From: a virus
Taxonomy: Duplodnaviria; Caudoviricetes
Virus record (IMG/VR): IMGVR_UViG_3300049573_000247
Coordinates: 77,155-141,154 of that record
DNA: 64,000 bases
Strand: one strand, 5' to 3'
Part shown: positions 1-9,392 of the stretch, piece after piece
How positions within the stretch are numbered: position 1 is the first letter of the stretch
Layout of the letters: every line of letters starts with the position of its first letter
Translations under genes and position numbers: made by a program
The notes under the pieces: generated by a model
The model's database searches: none
The model's input: only the letters and a program-made list of their open reading frames with translations
What the model was told of the DNA's origin: nothing

Positions 1-141
1 CGTCGCGTTGAAACGCGCGTTGTCCGCAATGAACACCTCGATCATCGCCCCCAGCAGGTCGTAGAACACCTTGTCAGGCATCTCCACACCCGCGACCAGC
101 TCAGCGAACTGCTCATAGGTCGTCTTGCTCATACGCGGCAT
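1..141 (-). CDS. small phage protein, truncated by the window edge (MPRMSKTTYEQFAELVAG...)
   Basis: ATG at 141 with GAGGAG ribosome-binding site; frame open to the window edge. Confidence 0.6.
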   Translation of the reverse strand, partial: MPRMSKTTYEQFAELVAGVEMPDKVFYDLLGAMIEVFIADNARFNAT

Positions 142-230
142 GACAACTCCTCTCCTCGTGAAAACACTCAGGCCCCACCCGGAAACCCGGATGAGACCTA
201 AGCAGGTTCACGACCTGCGCCGAACGGCCC

Positions 231-407
231 TTACACCTCCTCGCAGACGGCCTCGGACCAACCCGCAGGCGTACCCACCGACGGCCGGAACGGCAGCGTC
301 TCCAACTCCTCAACCTCGCAGTGCAGACAGAACACCCCGAACCGACGCTCGCACGCCTGCACCAGCTCCTCACCCAGAATCGTGACCTTGTGCGTCCTAC
401 CAGCCAT
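231..407 (-). CDS. 58-aa hypothetical protein with CxxC (MAGRTHKVTILGEELVQACERRFGVFCLHC...)
   Basis: Read by hand, below the ORF-track cutoff; AAGGAGG RBS upstream of ATG 407, TAA at 231-233. Confidence 0.65.
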   Translation of the reverse strand: MAGRTHKVTILGEELVQACERRFGVFCLHCEVEELETLPFRPSVGTPAGWSEAVCEEV

Positions 408-462
408 AACCCCTCCTTACTTGAAACTTCAATGACTTATTTCCCGGGGAAACACCCCAGCC

Positions 463-810
463 CTACTCCGCTTCCGCGTACACCCGCATAGCGCCCTGAT
501 GCGTCCGGAACGTCAACCCCTCCGGAGCAACCGAACCCGGCTCCACCAGCGAACCCAGCTCCGTATACACCACCGGGAACGGACCCACCAGACGCAAATC
601 CGGGTGCCCGAACGACTTCAGATCCCGCGCCATACGCGCAGCATCCGCATACGACGCCGCATCCTGGCACCACGGGTCCGCCTCCGCATTCGGAGTGACC
701 CACACCGACCACTGCTCGTACACCACCGAGCCGTCCCAGTCGCGCCCGAAATAGCACCCGACCTCAACCGACTCGATACAGCCACCCATGACCTCAAGCT
801 GCGAAAACAT
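463..810 (-). CDS. hypothetical phage protein
   Basis: AAGGAGG RBS before ATG 810; follows the upstream ORF closely. Confidence 0.65.
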   Translation of the reverse strand: MFSQLEVMGGCIESVEVGCYFGRDWDGSVVYEQWSVWVTPNAEADPWCQDAASYADAARMARDLKSFGHPDLRLVGPFPVVYTELGSLVEPGSVAPEGLTFRTHQGAMRVYAEAE

Positions 811-824
811 TCGAACCTCCTTCA

Positions 825-1067
825 CTAACGGGGCAGGTGGGACAGAAACAGAGAAAGCCCCTTCATGCCGTTACGCGACTCAACCTCGTTGCACGCGCGC
901 TCCAAGGCGGCGCACAACAGACGCCAATGCACCCGGCCCGACGACAACCACCCGGCAACCCGGATGATCTCCTCATCACTCAGCGGCTCTCTCATGACCC
1001 GTCCTCTCACATTTCCCGGGCGCACCAAGGGACCCGCCCACCCGAAGGCAGGCGGGTCCCAACTCAC
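825..1067 (-). CDS. hypothetical protein
   Basis: ORF track; co-oriented with neighbours; start uncertain. Confidence 0.45.
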   Translation of the reverse strand: MSWDPPAFGWAGPLVRPGNVRGRVMREPLSDEEIIRVAGWLSSGRVHWRLLCAALERACNEVESRNGMKGLSLFLSHLPR

Positions 1068-1384
1068 CCGGATTTACCGTATGACCCGCACGTCGACATG
1101 ATTGCCGCTCACCCACATCCCTCCGGTTCGGTGGCCGGAAGCGCGGGGCCGCGCTCGCTCTACTCCGCGTGCCAGGTCTGCCCTCTGGGGACAACTCGCG
1201 CGCACCGACACCCAACCCGCAAGGGAAGGCACCCGATGCGCATGAAAAATACTCAGAGATCCGACCTTATGACTCGTAACCCGCTAGACAGTGTCCAGAT
1301 TGTCCCGAATTTTATATTTCATGTGTGGTCTGTTCATGTTGGGGCCGCACGGGTTGCGTTGGTTTTGTCCGTTTTGGGGACATG

Positions 1385-1409
1385 AAAAAAGGCCGCCCGT
1401 GGGCAGCCT
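1385..1409 (-). terminator. intrinsic terminator
   Basis: Minus strand AGGCTGCCC-AC-GGGCGGCCT followed by a T-tract, just after the stop of 1431-2315. Confidence 0.75.
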
Positions 1410-1430
1410 GATTTCTTTTGCGCGGTTTGT

Positions 1431-2315
1431 TCACTTTTCGACTTTCACGAAGGTTGCGAGGTCCTTCAGGAATTGTCCGAATTCTCCGGACTTGTAGCGT
1501 TTGGGCAACCCTTGGGTCAAGCTGGTCACTTCGCTAGGCGAGTAAAGGTCAATATCGACCATTTCGCCCGGTTCGATGCGTGAGGCCAGTTCCCGTAGCG
1601 TGTCGCTGCGGTTGTCGCCTGCCAGCTTGCCGCGCTTGGCTTGAATGTCGTGCACCCTTGCGAGCATGACGAGCATGTCGCGCGGGATTGCGAGCGTGTA
1701 CCGGTTCGCGACCGGTTCGCCAGCGCTTGCGGGTTCGGTTGCGTCTCGCATGACGTTCGCGAGCGCTTCCCTTGCCGTAGGGTCGCTTTTGTACATAAGG
1801 TGCTTATTGCGTGCCGTGAGTGGTTTATCCACCCCGGCACCGTGCGGCATGACGTACTCGATACCGCCCGTAGACACGTGCCGCTTTTGCGAGCGCGCTT
1901 TACGTGCGATCGGAGAGAGCTTGTCAAGATACGCGTCCGATGAGAACGCGTCGATTGCCGCGTGATAGTAGCCGGTTTTGCGGTAGCGGTCGCGCGCTTC
2001 CGTCGAAATACCCGATTCATCCCTATGCGGGAGGTTGGGGCCTTCCGACAGTTCGCGCACATCCATCACTGCGGGAGCGTGCTTGCGGTACTTACCCGCA
2101 AGCGCCGCCGCGTGATTGGGGCCGCTAACGATACCGTCGGCCGGGAAAGTCGTCTGCGCTGGCGTAAGTTCGCCACGATTGCCCTGATATGAAATTCGGG
2201 CGTCGTAGGCGTGTTGCGCCATCGCTTCCGCGTTTTGGTCCGACCGGATTTGCTTGGCGCGTTCGGGAGTCTCGTAAGCCTCCACATCCGCAGCCGTGAT
2301 GAATGCTCTATGCAT
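1431..2315 (-). CDS. 294-aa orphan protein with atypical, lower-GC codon usage
   Basis: Long ORF, GAGAGG RBS, own terminator. Confidence 0.75.
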   Translation of the reverse strand: MHRAFITAADVEAYETPERAKQIRSDQNAEAMAQHAYDARISYQGNRGELTPAQTTFPADGIVSGPNHAAALAGKYRKHAPAVMDVRELSEGPNLPHRDESGISTEARDRYRKTGYYHAAIDAFSSDAYLDKLSPIARKARSQKRHVSTGGIEYVMPHGAGVDKPLTARNKHLMYKSDPTAREALANVMRDATEPASAGEPVANRYTLAIPRDMLVMLARVHDIQAKRGKLAGDNRSDTLRELASRIEPGEMVDIDLYSPSEVTSLTQGLPKRYKSGEFGQFLKDLATFVKVEK

Positions 2316-2542
2316 GGCAAACCTCTCGGTAGCTAGTCCTCGCGCAACTATCCCCTTCGCATATAGCTAGCCGTGGCACAGTTCACCCCCAAGGGAGCGC
2401 CCAGCGCTGGGCGGGATTCGTCGCGCGTCTGCGCTTCAAACACACTGTTCGGTTAAGGCGGCCGCAATGAGGGCCGCACGGTGACAACATTCGCCTGCCC
2501 GGGTTCTGCGCCCCCTTGCGGGTTCGCGTCGCTCGGAAGCGA

Positions 2543-2558
2543 TGACATAACTATGTCA
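2543..2558. promoter_or_regulatory. palindromic operator candidate TGACATA-AC-TATGTCA
   Basis: Perfect 7-bp inverted repeat about 230 bp upstream of the 2315 start. Confidence 0.5.
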
Positions 2559-2910
2559 GACGCCAGCGCGGGCCGTTTTCACGGGCCTTGAGCTGGGGTT
2601 TCATTTTGTCCGTTTTGCGTTTCGCCTGGTCATGGGCTTATGGGAGGAAATGGGGTCGGCCCTTGGGGGGTCATGAGAGCGCTTGCCAGAAAGGTCACGG
2701 TTTGGTAAAGACTGCGTATGGGCTGGTCATGGGCTCAAGATTCCTGAAATTCGCACGGTATCGACATTGTGGACAGTCGAGCGGTAAGCGCTTGCCTTAC
2801 ACAGTGGACAGTCACAGTAGTCACGCTAGGCAACAGACGTCACAAGCGGCCAGCGCGCGCCCGGATCGCAGGCTGTGACAGAGGGAGGCTAGCGGTGCGA
2901 GACGATACGG

Positions 2911-3114
2911 ATGAGGCATTGACGGCGTGAGCTGGGAGGATACAGCGTTTCGCCTGGTAGATTCGTTGCACTGTCGCAAGTGGAGCCGGGAGCGTCCAGA
3001 GTGGACGGCTTGGGGCTGTAGTGGCGTACGCCTGCCAGCGCGACAGGATTAGTCGAATGAGGCAATGCGGCCGTGAGCTGCGGAGATACGCGTTTCCGCT
3101 GGTAGATTGCTTGC
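2911..3114. repeat. degenerate 58-bp direct repeat, 2 copies (2911-2969, 3057-3114)
   Basis: ATGAGGCA.TG.CGG.CGTGAGCTG..GAGATAC.GCGTTT...CTGGTAGATT..TTGC occurs twice. Confidence 0.75.
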
Positions 3115-3491
3115 GACCGGTTCGCCTAGGCCGCTAGGGCAGGCGTAGCGCGCTCCTGTGGCGCGGCCTAGGCCACGGGTAGGGACGCGCCACGGGAGCG
3201 GCGTAGGGACGCGTACAGCGGCCTAGGCAGGCAGGCGGGTACGCCTGCCCTAGCCCTCTCCGCACGGTGCGCATGTGTGCGCGCGAAATAGCACAGTGCC
3301 GCGCTGGCGTCAAGTCATGGACAGTGATTGTTATCGAGTCGTGATGTCGTGCTGGCACGGAATGGAGCGCTCCCAAAAGTGGAGACGCTGGTCAAGCGCA
3401 CATTGCGTGCATACCGAGTATGAACACATTGTTCACGGAATGCCACACCGCGAGACGCCAGCTACGGAACGCAACCACACAGCTACACAGA

Positions 3492-3705
3492 GACAGTCCA
3501 CATGAGAGGCAGATAACCGCGCGGCAAGTGCCAGCACGCTAAACCGCAGATTCCACAAGAGACGCCCACAGATTCCACACAGGACACGTCCACAAGAGAC
3601 ACGCAAGCCTCCACATCGGACGCCCACACAGGACAGACACGAAACCACACGTCCACACACGACAGTCCACACAGGACAAGTCCAAAATCGACAGTCCACA
3701 CAGGA
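3492..3705 (+). repeat. array of short degenerate TCCACA / CCACACAGGA repeats
   Basis: TCCACA at 3497, 3552, 3574, 3589, 3610, 3652, 3666, 3695; GACAGTCCACACAGGA at 3661 and 3690. Confidence 0.8.
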
Positions 3706-3798
3706 GGGCCGATCCGTCGACAGTGGACGCCACCCCCTTAAAAGATAGGGGGGGTCGTGAAATTTTCCGAGATCATCATGGTAGCACGTGAAGGATGT

Positions 3799-4098
3799 TC
3801 ACGCCTGGGGGTGGCGTTTTCCGGGGGCGGCTGGTCTGCCGATGGTGGGGCTTTGGGCTGCGCGTTGGTGGCTGAGGGTGATGCGTTGTTGGTTCCAGGT
3901 TTTCCAGTCGTGTTCGCGTTCTTGGAGCCAGAGGGGGGTGGGGGTGGTTTTGTTGCCGATGAGGTGTGCGTCGGGTGGTGGGCTGGGGAGGTCGGGGTCG
4001 TTGTGCCATTTGTTGATGAGGTGGTTGATGTTGCTGGGGGCGTATCCGAGGGTTCTGGCGATGTGGCTGGTGGTGATGTAGGTGGGTGGGGTGTTCAT
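3799..4098 (-). CDS. small HTH DNA-binding protein (excisionase/AlpA-like)
   Basis: YITTSHIARTLGYAPSNINHL...P.P.PD...PLW pattern; AAGGA RBS. Confidence 0.6.
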   Translation of the reverse strand: MNTPPTYITTSHIARTLGYAPSNINHLINKWHNDPDLPSPPPDAHLIGNKTTPTPLWLQEREHDWKTWNQQRITLSHQRAAQSPTIGRPAAPGKRHPQA

Positions 4099-4224
4099 TG
4101 GGTGGTCCTTGGTGGTGGGGTGCCGCGCTGCTCGGGGTATGACTGCCGTGCAGCGCGGCGGCTTGGGTGTTCATGGATGTTTGTGGTGTTCACGTTAGCA
4201 GGTTGTGGTGGTGGGGGTAGGGCG

Positions 4225-4803
4225 ATGTCGGGTGAGGTCGCGTCGTGTTCGGGTCTAGACTTCCTGGCCATGCAGGTGAGACGTAATCTGCCTTTCGGCC
4301 ATGTGCCGGAGGAGCATCGGGTGCAGGTGTTCGCGGGTTTGGGCGCGGAGTACGGCTCTGTGGAGGAGCTTGAGAAGGTCGAGTTGTGGTTGTCAGTGGC
4401 GGCGGCTGAGTGCACGTCTTGTTGTCAGCGTCTGGTGTGGCTACTGGCTAAGGATGTGGGGGCGGTGGCGGCGTTGGGGAAGGTCGTGAAGTGGTTGTTC
4501 ACGGCTGCGCCGCCGCCGGAGGGGGCGCATGAGGAGTTGATGGAGTTGTTGCGGTGGAGTTCGGTGGGTGATCGGGCGGATCTGGTGGTGGAGGTTGCGA
4601 ACGATTTTGTTGCGCGGCGGCGTGCGGTGAGTGGGGATGTTGCGGGGTCGTTGGGGGGTGGTGAGTTACTGGTGGGGTTGGAGGAGGGGGGTGATGGGCT
4701 GGGTTTCGCAGGGGAAGACGGCGGTTTTGGGGTGGTCGGGTGTGGCGTGGAGGAGGGTTTCGAGGGGGTTGAGTGGGGTGAGGAAGGCGATGACGTGCCA
4801 TAG
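4225..4803 (+). CDS. hypothetical protein
   Basis: Protein-like C-terminal part of ORF 3757-4803; overlaps the 3' end of the opposite-strand ORF. Confidence 0.45.
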   Translation: MSGEVASCSGLDFLAMQVRRNLPFGHVPEEHRVQVFAGLGAEYGSVEELEKVELWLSVAAAECTSCCQRLVWLLAKDVGAVAALGKVVKWLFTAAPPPEGAHEELMELLRWSSVGDRADLVVEVANDFVARRRAVSGDVAGSLGGGELLVGLEEGGDGLGFAGEDGGFGVVGCGVEEGFEGVEWGEEGDDVP

Positions 4804-5112
4804 GCCGGTGGTGTCGTGGGGTGGGGGGTTTCCCCAGCCGGGGATGACGGTGAGGGTGTTGGTGAGGTGGGGGTAGCGCAGGAGGGCGTTGCGGGTCCAT
4901 TCGGGGACGGCGAGGAAGTAGGGGCTGTCGCGCCATCGGTAGCGGAGTTCGAGTTGTACTGATTCGATGAAGACGCCGAGGAGTCGGGTGGTGTCGGTGG
5001 GTTCTTCGGTGTCGGAGAGTTTCCAGTAGGGGGTGTCTCCTGCTGCTTCGATGATGCGTCGCATGGTCATGTTGATGTGGGCGTGTACGGGTCCGGGGAT
5101 GTCGGTGCGCAT
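4666..5112 (-). CDS. hypothetical protein
   Basis: Directly downstream of the DUF6879-like gene; protein-like composition. Confidence 0.55.
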   Translation of the reverse strand: MRTDIPGPVHAHINMTMRRIIEAAGDTPYWKLSDTEEPTDTTRLLGVFIESVQLELRYRWRDSPYFLAVPEWTRNALLRYPHLTNTLTVIPGWGNPPPHDTTGLWHVIAFLTPLNPLETLLHATPDHPKTAVFPCETQPITPLLQPHQ

Positions 5113-5126
5113 GGGGTGACGCTAGC

Positions 5127-5810
5127 TTAGAGGCGTTTCCCGGGCTGGTATTTCTCTCGTGTTTCGAGGTAGTCGTCGGGTAGCTGTTCGACGGGCCCTG
5201 GGGCGGGGAGGCCTTGCACGTGCCTGGCGAAGTACTGGGCGAGTGGCTGTCCGGCTTGCCAGAGGTGGCGGGTGTAGTTGCGCCACGGGGTGACGACGTC
5301 GGGGTCGGTGAATCGGATGTTGCGGTCTTGGACGCCGTGTTCGTCGTAGGTGTGGAGGTAGAGGACGGTGTCGTCCATGGTGCAGATCTCGGGGAGTTCG
5401 GAGCCGTAGGTGTGTTCGTCGCCGGTGGTGACGGTGGTGGGGAGGACGCGGATGGTGCCTTCGAAGATCTCGTCGCGTAGGCGCAGCAGGTGGAGTTCCC
5501 ATTGGAGGTAGGGGCCGATGGGTTCGTCGACGATGCGGATGCGGCGTGCGGTGATGTCGTGTTCGGTGGTTTCGCCGTAGTGGGCTTTGAGGTCGGCGCG
5601 GCGTCCTTCGATGAGCTGGAGGGCGAGGTTCCAGTTCCCGCGTTGGAATGCCTGCCATGAGGCGTCGTGTGGTTCAGCGAAGTGTGTGGCGCGTTCGAGT
5701 TTCCAGAATTCGGTGGCTTGCCAGAAGCGGGTGTTGAAGTCGGCGAAGAAGGTTTCGTCGGGGAGGTACTCGCCGTCGGTGGGGTCCAGTGGTGGTGGGA
5801 CGGTCGTCAT
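5127..5810 (-). CDS. DUF6879-like protein
   Basis: FWKLER..F.EP...SW.AF..G.W, RRIRIVDEPI.PYLQWE motifs. Confidence 0.75.
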   Translation of the reverse strand: MTTVPPPLDPTDGEYLPDETFFADFNTRFWQATEFWKLERATHFAEPHDASWQAFQRGNWNLALQLIEGRRADLKAHYGETTEHDITARRIRIVDEPIGPYLQWELHLLRLRDEIFEGTIRVLPTTVTTGDEHTYGSELPEICTMDDTVLYLHTYDEHGVQDRNIRFTDPDVVTPWRNYTRHLWQAGQPLAQYFARHVQGLPAPGPVEQLPDDYLETREKYQPGKRL

Positions 5811-6015
5811 CGCGGGTGCCTTCCGGTGGGTATGGGACAGCCCGGGGGACGGAGGTCACCCCGGGCTGTTCGGGTTGGGTGGCCGAGACGGTGGCTGCCC
5901 AACCCTATGTGTCGTCATACTTCGCGTGCGCCAGCGTAGCATCCGCGACCGGCTCGCGTTCGCCCGGTTCACCGCAACACTTCGTGAACATTGTCCGGTT
6001 CTGTACGATTTGTGT

Positions 6016-6657
6016 ATGTCGAATTGGGATGAACCGATCGAACTCGATGAAGACATCGAGTTGTGGGAGCAGCAGCCGGGCGAGACCGACGAGCAGTACA
6101 CCTTGTTCAAGATGTACATGAAGCTGTCGCCGCAAGCCGACACGGACAGCCGTGAAGTGCTGCCCCGTCGGATCTCCGAACTGTTCGGCAAGACCGACTT
6201 CTCCGACCGACACGTCAAGCGCCTCGCACGCCGCTACTGCTGGGAGGTGCGGGCTCGCGCGAACGACCTCGCGAAGGTCCAGTCCGTGCAAGGCCAGCTC
6301 GAACACCACTGGCTCGTCCTGGTCGAGAACCGGTTGAAGCAGCTGTCGAAGGCCGAAGAGATGATCTTCAAAGCCATGGAAGTGATGCTGCAGGAAGCCG
6401 ACACATGGAAGCTTCGCGACCTGGTCTTGCTGTGGGAGACATCGGTGAAGGTCGGCAACGGCATCCTCGGTATGACCCGACTGGGCGGACCCGAGCAGGC
6501 TGCCGTCGCGCATGCCATGGCCACCTCCCGCACCGAAGTCACCGTCGGCGGCGCCGGTGACTCGCTTGACGCCCGCACCATCGAACTTGCCGAGGAACTC
6601 CGGCGCAGGGCCGAACTCGCCACCGCTGCCCCGGCACCGGCGATCGAACAGGACTAG
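6016..6657 (+). CDS. terminase small subunit-like protein
   Basis: WEQQPGET...Y..F..Y and W..RA.A.D motifs typical of actinophage TerS-like proteins; leaderless start TACGAT-N6-ATG. Confidence 0.6.
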   Translation: MSNWDEPIELDEDIELWEQQPGETDEQYTLFKMYMKLSPQADTDSREVLPRRISELFGKTDFSDRHVKRLARRYCWEVRARANDLAKVQSVQGQLEHHWLVLVENRLKQLSKAEEMIFKAMEVMLQEADTWKLRDLVLLWETSVKVGNGILGMTRLGGPEQAAVAHAMATSRTEVTVGGAGDSLDARTIELAEELRRRAELATAAPAPAIEQD

Positions 6658-7031
6658 TCGACGACGCGCTGCTGCTGCTCGATGAGTTCGACCAGCGCGC
6701 GCAGATCATCAGCGACCGCGCTGGCCCGCTCGGTCAACGTCATGATCAGCAGCGCGTTCGGCCGTTTGATGTCAGGGCCGGGAAGGAGCGCCCCGGGTTC
6801 GACCTCCAGCGCTTCGGCTACGAGGACGAGATCGGTGACGCTGATCGGCTGCGAGCCCACTTCCCAGCGGGCGATGCTGACCTGATGGACGCCGACTTCC
6901 TCGCCGAGCCGCTCCTGCGTCCACTCGCGCTCTTTACGGACCTGCGCGATCCGGCGCCCGACCAGCGGCACGATCTGCGTGGCATACCCGGGACGCTTGA
7001 ACTTGCGCGAGGACATCCGTATCTCCTTCAT
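6654..7031 (-). CDS. XRE-family HTH regulator
   Basis: VGRRIAQVRKEREWTQERLGEEVGVHQVSIARWEVG...LVLVAEALEVEPGALL. Confidence 0.85.
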   Translation of the reverse strand: MKEIRMSSRKFKRPGYATQIVPLVGRRIAQVRKEREWTQERLGEEVGVHQVSIARWEVGSQPISVTDLVLVAEALEVEPGALLPGPDIKRPNALLIMTLTERASAVADDLRALVELIEQQQRVVD

Positions 7032-7132
7032 GATGGCGGCGTGGCGTATTGATCATCGCCGACGACGCCCCGCTACCATCAGCGGGTACTTCATGTTCGG
7101 TCTGTCACCCTCACCATGGAACAGGAGCGCCT

Positions 7133-7573
7133 GTGAACCCTTCACGACATGACGTCGACCTCCACCTGGACGAGCGGTTGTCTCACGAGCAGCGGCAGGT
7201 ACTGCGGCGGATGCCGGAAGCGCGGCGGCTGGTGTGGACCGCGCACGAGATCGGTCTCAGCCAGTGCCTGGCGTGTTCGAGGAACATGGCGAACCGGGTA
7301 GCCGCCTCAACCGAGGCGATGATGGAACTGGCGCGCCTCGCGCACGCGACTGATCTCGCCCTGGAGAAACCCAGCGCCTACCATGACGGGCTGCCGCACC
7401 GGCTCGACGAAGCCGCGCTCCGCGACGACCTCTACCAGGCGTCCGCAATGCAGCGACGCGACATGGCCGTGCAGGCCCTCCACATGCTCGCCCACGACCT
7501 CCCCGCCGCCCGACGAAAGGCAACGCAATGGAAAACGGAACTGGACACGGCTACCGATCCCACTACCGGTTGA
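7133..7573 (+). CDS. hypothetical protein
   Basis: AGGAG RBS before GTG 7133; divergent from the XRE gene. Confidence 0.6.
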   Translation: MNPSRHDVDLHLDERLSHEQRQVLRRMPEARRLVWTAHEIGLSQCLACSRNMANRVAASTEAMMELARLAHATDLALEKPSAYHDGLPHRLDEAALRDDLYQASAMQRRDMAVQALHMLAHDLPAARRKATQWKTELDTATDPTTG

Positions 7574-8019
7574 TCGTCGACGGGGACGGCGTCCGCGAAG
7601 CCCTCGGCGAAGACCGGCACGTCGCGCTCGCCGAGAACGCGGTCTGCGCTGAGCTGGACGGGTGCGTGCCCTGCTTCGAAGCGGTCATCGACGACATCGC
7701 GGCCGAGCCGACCGCGCTGCTCACCGCGCGCCGGTTCGGCTCGCTCATCCTCGGATTCGCCGAAGGCATCACGCCCATCGGGTCAGACGAAGAAGCGCAG
7801 GAGCTGCAGATGATCGTGACGCACCTCGCGCAGTCACGTGGCCTCGCGGCCGAGCTGCTGCAGTTCTGCGCCATGAACATGCTCGCCGCCCACCACGGAC
7901 ACGAAGCACACCCCCACCACGGGCGCAGCGGAGGCGGCGCGAAAACGAAGAAGCGGAAAGTCGTGCGCCACCCGAACCCGCGAGTGCGCACGAAAGGCGA
8001 ACGACGCCAGGACGGCTAA
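7528..8019 (+). CDS. hypothetical protein with His- and Lys/Arg-rich tail
   Basis: ORF track; good codon bias; start uncertain. Confidence 0.55.
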   Translation: MENGTGHGYRSHYRLIVDGDGVREALGEDRHVALAENAVCAELDGCVPCFEAVIDDIAAEPTALLTARRFGSLILGFAEGITPIGSDEEAQELQMIVTHLAQSRGLAAELLQFCAMNMLAAHHGHEAHPHHGRSGGGAKTKKRKVVRHPNPRVRTKGERRQDG

Positions 8020-8432
8020 GGCCGTGGCGGCGTCAGCGAACCGAGGAACCTGATCTGGTAGATCCGGCACCCGCACGGCTGGTTGACCTCCTCCAAAGAG
8101 ACCTGGCCGTGGTCGTTAATGTGGTACGCGCCGGTATAGCCGATGATGGCCTCGTCGCAGGACTTGCAGCGCGGCGGTAGCTCACCGGAGGCGTCGTCGA
8201 CACGAGCGCTCCCGAGGCGTTCAGCAACGGCTCGCTGCATCGCATGCGCCTGGCGGAAGATCAGCACGAGCATGCCGGTCTGCGCCATGACGACGACTGA
8301 AGCGACCAGGACGATGATCGCCGTGGCCATGAGCATTGACCCGAACACCTTCGGAGTCCCGGAAGCGAAACCGACAGCCGTCGCCAGCCCCGAGAGCGCC
8401 GCAACGGCGGCGAGGAAACGCACTGATTTCAT
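8016..8432 (-). CDS. membrane protein with C-terminal CxxC/PCGC motif
   Basis: Two hydrophobic N-terminal segments; AAGGA RBS. Confidence 0.6.
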   Translation of the reverse strand: MKSVRFLAAVAALSGLATAVGFASGTPKVFGSMLMATAIIVLVASVVVMAQTGMLVLIFRQAHAMQRAVAERLGSARVDDASGELPPRCKSCDEAIIGYTGAYHINDHGQVSLEEVNQPCGCRIYQIRFLGSLTPPRP

Positions 8433-8488
8433 GAAGGATCATCCTTGCTGTTCATAGATTCGTCGCAGGCCCAGCAGCAGATTCGCCG

Positions 8489-9391
8489 CTAGCTGAGGGT
8501 GTGGAAGACTTTCTCGGCCTTGCGGCAGGACCGCATGAACTCGTTGATGCCCATCGTCGTCATCCTCAGCCTGTGCACCATCACCGAGGGCAGCAGCGTC
8601 GCCACCGACAAGTGGACGGTCTCATCCTTCCAGTGGTCTTCCACCGTGGGATCGGCGAACGCGTCGATAATGTCCTCTAGCGCTTCCACCGGGAACTCGC
8701 CGTGGAGCAGCTCCATGTCCTCCGCGAGCCGGTCGCGTTCCCCACGGTCAGGATTACGGCCTTCGAAGAGCATGTGGAGGGCGCCGCTGGCGGCGTTGTA
8801 GACCATGACCGACCGCTGGTGAGGCGTTTTCGTGTCATCTTTGAAGAGCAGCTTCGCGGCGCCATCGGGGTCGACGCAGACCGTCCTGTAGAACTCGGCG
8901 TAGTCCTCACCGAACGCCTCGATCATCGACTGGCGTCCCCGCGCGAAATGGTCCACGGCGTTGCCCACCCAACGGTCGACGTCGGCGTCGGTGAAGGCGG
9001 CGACAGCGTAGATGCCGTGCGGAAGAAGAAACGCCGTGCGGCGCATGACCGTGGGGTGGATCGAGTCCAGCCGCCGCTGCGCCGCCACCGAATCAGGCGT
9101 GAAGCAGCTCTCGATGATCGTGGCCAGCGCGAACGTGTCGACCGGCTCGTTGAAGATGCGGCGCATGCGGGAGGCGAGGGTCCGGATCTGTGCAGGCTTC
9201 GGCATGTTCGGCATGTTCGGCATGTTCGGCATGTTCGGGAAGCCGGTCATGATGGCCTGCTGGGCGGCGCAGGAGCGGAGCATCGCTTGTTCGTTCGCAG
9301 GCCACTGGTCGAGTTCGGTCTCGGCGGCGGCGGGGTCGGTAAGGATGAGGCGGAAGAAGCGGACCACGTTGGGGTCGGGTGGGTTGGTCAT
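8489..9391 (-). CDS. hypothetical protein made of two tandem homologous domains, with a (PNM)4 insert
   Basis: Start placed at ATG 9391 because the upstream part of the ORF is the tRNA; internal repeat F.R....DP..A..L ... LLP. Confidence 0.7.
   Translation of the reverse strand: MTNPPDPNVVRFFRLILTDPAAAETELDQWPANEQAMLRSCAAQQAIMTGFPNMPNMPNMPNMPKPAQIRTLASRMRRIFNEPVDTFALATIIESCFTPDSVAAQRRLDSIHPTVMRRTAFLLPHGIYAVAAFTDADVDRWVGNAVDHFARGRQSMIEAFGEDYAEFYRTVCVDPDGAAKLLFKDDTKTPHQRSVMVYNAASGALHMLFEGRNPDRGERDRLAEDMELLHGEFPVEALEDIIDAFADPTVEDHWKDETVHLSVATLLPSVMVHRLRMTTMGINEFMRSCRKAEKVFHTLS
9198..9238. repeat. 9-bp tandem repeat (TTCGGCATG) x4.5, in frame
   Basis: Direct reading. Confidence 0.9.
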
Positions 9392-9392
9392 G

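Noticed and set aside
1157-1168. 12-nt match to the tRNA-Met 5' end (GCTCTACTCCGC) as att site or tRNA remnant
   Set aside because: A 12-mer match is expected by chance in 64 kb of GC-rich DNA, and no cloverleaf follows.
3497-3700. Canonical DnaA boxes
   Set aside because: Only the TCCACA core matches; none is TT(A/G)TCCACA. Kept only as a weak alternative.
3480-3730. CRISPR or TIGR-like array
   Set aside because: Repeats are short and irregularly spaced with no unique constant-length spacers, and there is no adjacent effector.
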